A stretch of DNA of 64,000 bases from Candidatus Undinarchaeota archaeon (GTDB taxonomy: Archaea > Undinarchaeota > Undinarchaeia > Undinarchaeales > UBA543). The notes beneath the pieces were generated by a model. That model was given only the letters and a program-made list of their open reading frames with translations, was not told where the DNA came from and did not search any database. Positions 56,689-64,000 of this stretch are shown here, piece after piece (within the stretch, counting starts at the first letter, position 1; every line of letters begins with the position of its first letter). The position numbers and the translations under genes were made by a program. The stretch lies in assembly GCA_964567575.1 (NCBI GenBank), contig CAZMMZ010000002.1, positions 14,254 through 78,253 of the forward strand. Reading direction: 5' to 3'.

Positions 56689-57777
56689 CTACATATGATT
56701 GACAATTTGTTCTATTTGTTCTTTTGTCAATTCTGGATACATCGGAAGGCTTATTATTTCTTTCGATACCCGCTCAGTGATCGGAAAATTCCCTTCTTTG
56801 TAACCTAGGTCGCTATATGCCGGTTGCAGGTGTAATGGAATAGGGTAGTGAATCCCTGCTCCAATCCCCTTTTCATTTAATTTTGCTAAAATTTCATTTC
56901 TATTTTTTGTTCTAATAACATACAAATGATAAACGTGTTTTGAAATCGGTTCGCCATTGTATGGGATAATAACATCTTTTCCTGCTAAAAGTTCGTCATA
57001 AATTTTTGCATTCTCTCTTCGCTTTTCTGTCCAATATTCAATATGTTTCATTTTCACATTTAATATTGCACATTGAAGAGCATCGATTCGTTCATTGGTT
57101 CCAAAGTGACTGTGTTCGTATTTGCTCTTTCTGCCATGGTTTCGCATAAGCATAACTTTTTCAGCAATTTTATCATTATTAGTAACAACTGCTCCGGCAT
57201 CTCCATAAGCTCCAAGATTCTTTCCTGGGTAGAAACTAAATGCTGCTGCATCGCCATAAGATCCAGCGCGTTTTCCATTCCATTCTGCGCCATGTGCCTG
57301 CGCACAATCTTCAATAACTTTTAAATTATGTTTCTTTGCGATTTCCATAATATGTTCCATATCGCACATTTTTCCATACAAATGAACTGGTAATATTGCT
57401 TTCGTTTTTTCAGTAATTAATGGTTCAATATTTTCATAAGCTAAATTGTAAGTCTTTTCAAAAATTTCTCCAAAAACTGGTTTTGCTCCGCAAGTAATAA
57501 TTGCTTCAATTGTTGCAGCAAAAGTGTGTGGAGTTGTAATAACTTCATCACCTGCTCCAATACCGCAAGCAGCTAAAGCAAGTTTTAATGCTGTGGTTCC
57601 ATTTGAAACTCCAATTGCATGTTTTGTTTGGCAAAATTCTGCAAAGTTTTTCTCAAAATCTTTAACATGTTTTCCCAGTATGAAAGCAGTATTATCAAGA
57701 ACATCATGAATCGCTGTATCAATTTCTGTTTTAATTGTTTGATACTGCGCTTTCAAATCAACCAGTGGGATATCCAT
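56689..57777 (-). CDS. DegT/DnrJ/EryC1-family PLP-dependent sugar aminotransferase (WbpE-like)
   Basis: 362 aa with the family-typical layout. Confidence 0.85.
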   Translation of the reverse strand: MDIPLVDLKAQYQTIKTEIDTAIHDVLDNTAFILGKHVKDFEKNFAEFCQTKHAIGVSNGTTALKLALAACGIGAGDEVITTPHTFAATIEAIITCGAKPVFGEIFEKTYNLAYENIEPLITEKTKAILPVHLYGKMCDMEHIMEIAKKHNLKVIEDCAQAHGAEWNGKRAGSYGDAAAFSFYPGKNLGAYGDAGAVVTNNDKIAEKVMLMRNHGRKSKYEHSHFGTNERIDALQCAILNVKMKHIEYWTEKRRENAKIYDELLAGKDVIIPYNGEPISKHVYHLYVIRTKNRNEILAKLNEKGIGAGIHYPIPLHLQPAYSDLGYKEGNFPITERVSKEIISLPMYPELTKEQIEQIVNHM

Positions 57778-58394
57778 TAGTATGGTTTCACTCCATCAGA
57801 ATAAGAAAGTTCATTAATTTTTTTAATGACTTTTGCCGGGCTTCCAACAACAACACTATTGTCTGGCACATCTTCTGTAACAACACTTCCTGCACCGACC
57901 ATTGCATTTTCTCCAATTGTTACTCCTGGTAAAATTGTTGCATTAGCTCCAATTTTTGCGTTCTTTTTTATTGTAACTCCTTCAAGGCGTTTTTTGATTT
58001 CTTTGCCTTTTGGGAATCGTGCATTTGTGATTGTAACTTTTGGACCAAGCCATACTCCATCTTCAATAACTGTAAACTCTGGAACAAAAACTCCAGTGTG
58101 CATTCGTACTCCGTTTCCGATTTTCACATGATGTTCAACAACTGAATTTGTTCCAATACTTACATCATCTCCAATTTCATTTTCTTCGCGAACCATAACA
58201 TGATGTCCTGTTTGAAAATTATTTCCAATAATATTTCCCGCGTAAATTACAGTTCCAGATCGGATAGTAGCGCCAGTTCCAATTGTTGTTTTCAGTTCAC
58301 CATCTTCTTTTCCGCGAGGCGGAACACCAATATCATTGCTACCACCAAGTTCACAATTTTCTGGTATTGTTACATTATTGAAAATTTTATTCAT
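57777..58394 (-). CDS. Hexapeptide-repeat (left-handed beta-helix) sugar N-acetyltransferase (WbpD-like)
   Basis: 205 aa with repeated [LIV]G hexapeptides. Confidence 0.8.
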   Translation of the reverse strand: MNKIFNNVTIPENCELGGSNDIGVPPRGKEDGELKTTIGTGATIRSGTVIYAGNIIGNNFQTGHHVMVREENEIGDDVSIGTNSVVEHHVKIGNGVRMHTGVFVPEFTVIEDGVWLGPKVTITNARFPKGKEIKKRLEGVTIKKNAKIGANATILPGVTIGENAMVGAGSVVTEDVPDNSVVVGSPAKVIKKINELSYSDGVKPY

Positions 58395-59343
58395 TTTTTA
58401 TTTCACATCCTTCTTCTGCAGATTTCAAACAGAGTTCACAAAGTTTTGTAGTATTATAAGAATCACTTGAAGCAAAATCTTTGCTTTCAACTTTTTCAAC
58501 AAATGCAATTAGCTCATCCTTTAGTGGTTCGTTTTTGTGGATTTCTAATTCCTGTGCGGATTCAATTTTATTTCCATCATAACTAACTTCAATTGGATAA
58601 ATTGTAATTATTTGCTCAAGCAAATCAACATATGCTTTTTTCTTTGAACCAATTATCCACATGTCTCGTTTCTTTAATGGATGTAACCAGCTCATTTCAA
58701 GTTCTGCCATGAAGTTTCCATAATCGAACACAGCAATAGCAGCGTCGTCGCGCTCATCTGAAAGAAACTTTTTAGTTTTGCAGAAAATCTTTTCTGGTTG
58801 TTTTTCAAAAACAAAACTTAGAATATCAATCAAATGAACTCCGAAATTGAAAACAACTCCCATATCTTTGCGTGGAGGTTTGTTTGAGTGCATGTATCGA
58901 GCTGTAACATATTGAATATCTCCAAGTTCTGGCAAGCGTTTTTTCAATTCTTGAACAGCAGCATTGAATCTGAATAAATAACCAACTGTTAGGTAAACTC
59001 CTTTTTCTTGTGCAAGTGCCCGAAGTTCTGCAGATCTTTCAGATTTTTGTGTAAGTGGCTTTTCAACAAGAACGTGTTTTCCTGCATTCAAACATTCTTT
59101 AACAATATCATAATGAAGTGTTGTTGGAACTACAACAGAAACAGCATCGCATTTCTCAAGCATCTGTTTATAGTCTGTAAAAAATCCTGTTTTGAATTCA
59201 TCAGCAAGTGCTTTAGTATCTGGATTAATATCTGCAATTCCAACTAGTTCGCAGCTTTCCAGTTCTGAATAAACGCGGACATGGTTCTTTCCCCATTTGC
59301 CAGCACCTATCACACCTACTCTAATCATAGTTTTTGAAATCAA
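58387..59343 (-). CDS. Gfo/Idh/MocA-family oxidoreductase (WbpB-like UDP-sugar 3-dehydrogenase)
   Basis: 318 aa with an N-terminal Rossmann (IRVGVIGAGKWG) and an EKP motif. Confidence 0.8.
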   Translation of the reverse strand: MISKTMIRVGVIGAGKWGKNHVRVYSELESCELVGIADINPDTKALADEFKTGFFTDYKQMLEKCDAVSVVVPTTLHYDIVKECLNAGKHVLVEKPLTQKSERSAELRALAQEKGVYLTVGYLFRFNAAVQELKKRLPELGDIQYVTARYMHSNKPPRKDMGVVFNFGVHLIDILSFVFEKQPEKIFCKTKKFLSDERDDAAIAVFDYGNFMAELEMSWLHPLKKRDMWIIGSKKKAYVDLLEQIITIYPIEVSYDGNKIESAQELEIHKNEPLKDELIAFVEKVESKDFASSDSYNTTKLCELCLKSAEEGCEIKNE

Positions 59344-59425
59344 AATTGAGTATTTAATAGTTTATGTATTAAAAATCGGAGTGAGAATCACAGATTTTTT
59401 ATAGTCTCGGTGCTTCAATATTTTA

Positions 59426-60499
59426 ATGAAAATTCTTTCAATCGTTGGAGCACGTCCAAATTTCATGAAAATCGCTCCAATTGCAGATGCGCTCAAAAAG
59501 CACGAGAATATTGAGCACTTTATTGTACATACTGGACAGCATTACGATGAGAACATGTCCAAACTTTTTTTTGATGAACTTGGTATTCCAGAACCAAATA
59601 TGAATTTAGGGGTAGGTACTGGTTCACAAGCTCAGCAAACAGCTGAAATGATGGTGAAGCTTGAGAAAGTTATGATTGACCAGAAACCAGATTTAGTTTT
59701 AGTTGTTGGTGATTGTAATTCTGCACTTGCTGGTGCAATTGTTGCAGCAAAATTAAAAATTAAAATTGCACATATTGAAGCTGGACTTCGTAGTTTCAAT
59801 TGGGAAATGCCTGAAGAAATAAATCGAATTGTTGTTGACAAAGTATCTTCTTATCTTTTCACAACTGAACAAAGTGCAAATGAAAATTTAAAAAAAGAAG
59901 GAATTGAGAATAATGTTTTCTTTGTTGGAAATGTAATGATTGACACTCTTTTGAAATCTCTTGAAAAATCAAAGACATCAAAAGTTTTAGATGTTTTGAA
60001 TTTGCAATCAAAAGAATATGCTGTTTTAACAATGCACCGACCTGGTAATGTTGATAAGAAAGAAGTGCTTGAAAGTTTATTGAATACTCTATCAGAAATT
60101 TCTGAAAAAATTAAAATTGTTTTCCCAATTCATCCGCGCACAAAAAAAATGATTGAGGAATTTGGATTGCAAGATAAATTAAATTCTTTCCAAATTATTG
60201 AACCTCTTGGTTATCTTGATTTCTTGAATTTGAATTCAAATGCAAAAATAATACTCACTGATTCTGGTGGAATTCAAGAGGAAGCGACCATATTGAAAGT
60301 TCCTTGTGTAACACTACGCGGAGAAACAGAACGTCCTGTGACTGTTGAAGTTGGTGGAAGTGTAGTTGTTGGTCAAGATCATGATAAAATTCTCTCTGCA
60401 GTTAATAATATATTAGGAGAAATTATAACTGAACCTAGAGTTCCTGAACTCTGGGATGGTAAAGCTGCTGAAAGAATTGTTGAGAAACTTCTGCTTTAA
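59426..60499 (+). CDS. UDP-N-acetylglucosamine 2-epimerase (non-hydrolysing; WecB/WbpI-like)
   Basis: 357 aa with MKILSIVGARPNFMKIAPI, DSGGIQEE and HRPG motifs. Confidence 0.85.
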   Translation: MKILSIVGARPNFMKIAPIADALKKHENIEHFIVHTGQHYDENMSKLFFDELGIPEPNMNLGVGTGSQAQQTAEMMVKLEKVMIDQKPDLVLVVGDCNSALAGAIVAAKLKIKIAHIEAGLRSFNWEMPEEINRIVVDKVSSYLFTTEQSANENLKKEGIENNVFFVGNVMIDTLLKSLEKSKTSKVLDVLNLQSKEYAVLTMHRPGNVDKKEVLESLLNTLSEISEKIKIVFPIHPRTKKMIEEFGLQDKLNSFQIIEPLGYLDFLNLNSNAKIILTDSGGIQEEATILKVPCVTLRGETERPVTVEVGGSVVVGQDHDKILSAVNNILGEIITEPRVPELWDGKAAERIVEKLLL

Positions 60500-60586
60500 T
60501 CATTATTACTCATCAATTGAGCCCAAGTGTTATTTCCCCCCAATCCGCCAAGATTCATATAATAAAATTTAATCCATTTATATTTT

Positions 60587-61245
60587 TTAAACAGTTTTTC
60601 TTCTTCTTTTGTATATGTGTGTTTTAATAATTGCTTTAATAAATTTTGGAGGTATGCGTATTAATGGTTGTAATATTTTTTTATGAACAAAATATGCTCT
60701 AACACCAAAAACTGGGTGAACTCCAATAAGATTCTCAAGAACTGCTAAAGTGTAAAGATATTCGCCAAGATAGTGTATTTCACTCTTTGTAATGTCATCT
60801 CTTACTAATTTCACTTTTTCTATTCCATACTCTTTAAATTTTTCAATAATACTATCCCAAGAACCAAGTTTCCATTCAAACATAGATTCAAAAATCTTAT
60901 GTTCTGGCTCGTGTGTTGTATCAACAAGTTCTTCTATCTCTTTTTTTTTAAGAGATCCTCTAATTAGTTTTGTAAATTTTTCATTCAAGATTATTCCCCA
61001 GTTTTTGTGTGTTGCTGACCAATTGAGTGCCCATGGTATCCCTGGTTTGAATAAAGCAGACCCCCTCTACGTTCTGCCAAGTGAAATGAAAGAGCTGCTT
61101 CATCATCTTCTGGACTGTGTTTTAATAAAATTCCTTCTTTTAAAAAATCTTCGAGCTTTTTATCATACAAATCTACTATTTTTGAAAAAGTTCCTGGTTT
61201 ATTTGCTAATTCCGTTATTTCATCAATTTCTTCTTTGACATCCAT
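60587..61245 (-). pseudogene. Two consecutive same-strand ORFs (84 aa, then a 133 aa TTG-started ORF) separated by 2 nt in different frames; possible frameshifted gene of unknown function
   Basis: The upstream ORF stop is at 60991-60993. The downstream ORF is open from 60988. The combined length would be about 217 aa. No motif recognised. Confidence 0.3.
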
Positions 61246-61317
61246 ATCCTCCTCTTGTTTCTTTGATTATTTTAATCTACCGCACACTTTTTATACAAAC
61301 TTTTCATATCCAATTTT

Positions 61318-62340
61318 ATGCAAAAAGGTTTTGACACAAAAAAGTATGTAGAACTCCAGTCAAAGGAAATTCTCAAAAGATTAACAGGTTCCATTTCTAG
61401 ATCTTATTTCGAAATTGGAGGAAAGCTTGGTGCAGATATGCATGCGTCGCGAGTTCTTCCAGGATACGAACCAGATGCAAAGCTTCAAGTTCTTGCAAAA
61501 ATTTCCAAGAAAATGGAATTGGTTTATTGTATAAGTGCTATTGATCTTGAACGCCAGAAACATTATCCAGATACGGGCCTTACGTATAATAAACAACTTT
61601 TCAAGGATTTGGAACTGTTAGAAAAACGAGGTCTTGACATTCGGTGTGTTGCAATTACAATTTACAATAAGGAGAAAAAAGCAGATGAATTAATGATAGA
61701 GTTGAAAAAAAGAGGTATTGATTATTATGTTTTTAATCGCATTGAAAATTATCCAAATGATTTGAAATTAATTCTCAGTGACAAAGGTTTTGGAAAAGAA
61801 CCTGAAATTGAATTTGACGAACATCTTATTGGAATAACTGGTCCTGGGGGAGGTTCTGGAAAATTTGGTATTTGCATGACTCAACTTTATCATGATTACA
61901 AAAAAGGAAACTATACTCGTTATGCAAAAAATGAAACTTTCCCTGTTTGGGATTTACCAATTGACCATGCTGTGAATTTGTCTTATGAGGCAGCAACTGC
62001 AGATTTGGGAGATGAGAATATGATTGATCTTTATTACAAGAAAAAATATGGGAAAGATTCTGTAAATTATAATCGTGATATTGAAAACTTTGCAATAATG
62101 AAAGAACTCCTTTCAAAACTTGCCCCAAAAGCTGTGAAGTGGTGCAGTTCTCCAACTGAAATGGGGATAAATATGGTTGCAAAAGCAATAACAAGCGATG
62201 CACTTGTTTCAAGTGCTGCAGAACAAGAAATTATTCGTCGCTACAAAGAATATCAAAAAGAGCACAAAGAAGGAATGGCTTCTCCAGAAACTGTGGCGCG
62301 AGCAAAACAAATTATGGAAAAAGCAGGATTGTCTTCCTAA
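61318..62340 (+). CDS. Conserved-looking soluble protein with a glycine-rich GITGPGGGSGKFG loop (not a canonical Walker A); function unknown
   Basis: 340 aa, a single ORF with balanced composition. Confidence 0.4.
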   Translation: MQKGFDTKKYVELQSKEILKRLTGSISRSYFEIGGKLGADMHASRVLPGYEPDAKLQVLAKISKKMELVYCISAIDLERQKHYPDTGLTYNKQLFKDLELLEKRGLDIRCVAITIYNKEKKADELMIELKKRGIDYYVFNRIENYPNDLKLILSDKGFGKEPEIEFDEHLIGITGPGGGSGKFGICMTQLYHDYKKGNYTRYAKNETFPVWDLPIDHAVNLSYEAATADLGDENMIDLYYKKKYGKDSVNYNRDIENFAIMKELLSKLAPKAVKWCSSPTEMGINMVAKAITSDALVSSAAEQEIIRRYKEYQKEHKEGMASPETVARAKQIMEKAGLSS

Positions 62341-62378
62341 TCCATTACGTTTAAATAAGAAGTTTCTAATTTAATTTT

Positions 62379-62870
62379 ATGGAAAATCGTCAAACAGGGT
62401 TTATTGTAATTGGATTGTCTGCAGGTATGGGTATAATTATTTTTCTTTTTAATCGAGCTCTTACAAGTATTGTAAACACTTCATGTTCACATGGTCCTTC
62501 TTGTCCAATGTGGCAGTCAATAAAATATCAAACCAATATTAGTATTGGTCTTATGGTTTTTGTAATCCTAATTGGATTATATCTTGTTTTTTCTGAACAA
62601 TTAGATCGCGTATTATTCAAACCAAAAAAAGAGAAAAAGAAAATAACAAAAAAAAGTTTCAAGACAGACATGTCTAAACTTTCTGCTAATGAAAAAACAG
62701 TTTTTGAAAAAATCATAGAATCGCAAGGTGCATTGTTTCAATCAGAGCTTGTTGAAAAATCTGGATTCAATAAAGTTAAAGTAACACGCATTTTAGATAA
62801 GCTTGAAGGAAAAGATTTAATAGATCGAAAGCGCCGAGGCATGTCAAATATTGTTATTCTAAAACACTAA
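62379..62870 (+). CDS. Membrane-anchored wHTH protein (two N-terminal TM helices with a Cys-containing extracytoplasmic loop, cytoplasmic MarR/TrmB-like wHTH)
   Basis: The two TM helices are GFIVIGLSAGMGIIIFLF and ISIGLMVFVILIGLYLVF, flanking CSHGPSCPMW. The C-terminus is LSANEKTVFEKIIESQGALFQSELVEKSGFNKVKVTRILDKLEGKDLIDR. Confidence 0.5.
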   Translation: MENRQTGFIVIGLSAGMGIIIFLFNRALTSIVNTSCSHGPSCPMWQSIKYQTNISIGLMVFVILIGLYLVFSEQLDRVLFKPKKEKKKITKKSFKTDMSKLSANEKTVFEKIIESQGALFQSELVEKSGFNKVKVTRILDKLEGKDLIDRKRRGMSNIVILKH

Positions 62871-62871
62871 A

Positions 62872-63720
62872 ATGGATTTTATGAAAGATATTGAAAACAA
62901 AGTGAGAAGCACGATTAAAGATTATAAATTAGCTACTAAAAAAGATAAAATTATTGTTGCTTGCTCTGGTGGAAAAGATTCTACTGTAATACTTTATCTT
63001 CTCAAAAAACTTGGTTATAATGTTGAAGGTTTAATGATTGATCTTGTAATTGGCAAATGGTCTGATGATAATTTAGCGAACACAATTAAATTTTGCAAGG
63101 AACAAAATATCAAACTTAATGTTGTGGATATTCGTAAAGAATTTGGTTGTTCAATTTGTCACATTCGAATGGGAATACAATCAAGAAAAAAATTAAACAA
63201 TTGTATGATTTGTGGTGTAATAAAACGGTGGTTAATTAACAAGCATGCCAGAGAGCTTGGTGGAACAAAACTTGTAACTGGTCACAATCTTGATGATGAA
63301 GCAGAAACATTGATGATGAATTTGTTTACTGGAAATCAAGAGCTTCTGCTTGGTTTTGGTCCTAAACGAAATTGTCCTGATAAGAAATTTGTCAATAGAG
63401 TTAAACCACTTTTCTTCTGCACTAATGACGAAATTCGAAAATATTCTAAAGCAAAAAAATTCCAAGTTCTTTATGAGCCATGTCCGTGTTCTCATGGGGC
63501 GTTCAGAAGCGATGTTCGCGAGTTCATTGCAGAAATAGAAAACAAAGAATCAGGAACTAAAGAAAAAATGGTTAGGAACTTTTTGAAAATTTTCCCAGTT
63601 CTTAACCAAAAAATAATTCCTAGTAAAAAGCTAACTTATTGTGCAGTTTGCAAAGAACCAAGCAGAAACGAACTATGCAAACGGTGTGAACTTGTTAAAA
63701 TTCTTGGAATAAAGAAGTGA
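62872..63720 (+). CDS. tRNA thiolation PP-loop ATPase of the TtcA/TtuA/NcsA family
   Basis: It has the PP-loop CSGGKDS, a GHNLDD motif, Cys clusters (CSICH...CMICG, PCPCSHG) and a C-terminal CAVCK...CKRC zinc finger. Confidence 0.75.
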   Translation: MDFMKDIENKVRSTIKDYKLATKKDKIIVACSGGKDSTVILYLLKKLGYNVEGLMIDLVIGKWSDDNLANTIKFCKEQNIKLNVVDIRKEFGCSICHIRMGIQSRKKLNNCMICGVIKRWLINKHARELGGTKLVTGHNLDDEAETLMMNLFTGNQELLLGFGPKRNCPDKKFVNRVKPLFFCTNDEIRKYSKAKKFQVLYEPCPCSHGAFRSDVREFIAEIENKESGTKEKMVRNFLKIFPVLNQKIIPSKKLTYCAVCKEPSRNELCKRCELVKILGIKK

Positions 63721-63769
63721 AACTAGTTTCACATCTTAACTTATATGCTGTTTCATCTAGTAGTATTCT

Positions 63770-64000
63770 ATGAAAACAAAAAAAGATTTTAAAATAAGTG
63801 GAATGCACTGTGGGAGTTGTGAAACTTTAATAACAAATCTTGTTAAAGATATTGATGGTGTAATCAGTACTAAAATCGATTATGAAATAGAAGAAGGAAA
63901 AGTAACCTTTAATTCTCGAAAAACATCAATTAAGAAAATTTTCAATGCAATTGAAAAACATGGTTATGAATGTTCTTTGAAAGATTATGAAAAAGAAGAA
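63770..64000 (+). CDS. Heavy-metal-associated (HMA) domain protein, 5' part (copper chaperone or N-terminus of a P1B-type ATPase); runs off the window
   Basis: The metal-binding motif GMHCGSCE sits in a beta-alpha-beta-beta-alpha-beta context. There is no stop before 64000. Confidence 0.7.
   Translation, partial: MKTKKDFKISGMHCGSCETLITNLVKDIDGVISTKIDYEIEEGKVTFNSRKTSIKKIFNAIEKHGYECSLKDYEKEE

Noticed and set aside
61825-61875. GITGPGGGSGKFG read as a Walker A P-loop in the 61318-62340 protein
   Set aside because: The residue after GK is F, not S or T, and no Walker B is apparent. I therefore did not call it an NTPase.

Overview
This window is an AT-rich archaeal chromosomal segment of roughly 33-35% GC. 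Gene density is high, with frequent 1-40 nt overlaps between adjacent genes. I read most of it as housekeeping and information-processing genes, judged by eye from the six-frame translations with no database search.

Confident calls:
- DNA and replication: topoisomerase VI A and B, MCM, and TBP.
- Translation and ribosome biogenesis: a KH(Dim2-like)-Rio1-aIF1A cluster, aIF2 beta, GatD/GatE, and an S19e/PDCD5-like pair.
- Ribosomal and targeting cluster: L39e, L31e, LX, prefoldin alpha and FtsY, plus SRP54.
- RNA genes and partners: tRNA-Val(CAC) immediately followed by a zinc-ribbon ORF and the RNase P protein Rpp21; RpoK.
- Energy: a complete A1Ao ATP synthase operon in the order H-I-K-E-C-F-A-B-D.
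- Salvage: SAH hydrolase, APRT and MTA phosphorylase.
- Central metabolism: a DhnA-type aldolase, a Zn-ADH, Rpe, GGPP synthase, GlmS and TatD.
- Sugar pathway: all five enzymes of the UDP-2,3-diacetamido-2,3-dideoxy-mannuronate pathway (WbpA/B/E/D/I analogues) plus a 4-epimerase, split by an ArsR-IscS-IscU-permease module.

Accessory-looking content:
- A tight 5-gene operon at 28978-31800: a RAM-domain regulator, a VirB2-like small secreted 2-TM protein, a secreted protein, a polytopic membrane protein, and a protein resembling the VirB3/VirB4 N-terminal domain with no ATPase domain. I read this as a possible decayed or minimal Ced/T4SS-like module. It is the most novel candidate in the window.
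- An ATP synthase K (c) subunit built from six fused hairpins, the first lacking the conserved ion-binding Glu.
- A stand-alone ThrRS-editing-domain-like ORF with no canonical start codon and a likely frameshift.
- A wHTH regulator ending in a canonical EF-hand loop.
- Palindromic TATA elements in the TBP promoter.
- Several small hydrophobic ORFs below the ORF-track length cutoff.

I saw no CRISPR array, transposase or integrase. Note that the ORF track renders TTG and GTG starts as M, and several listed N-termini are over-extended.
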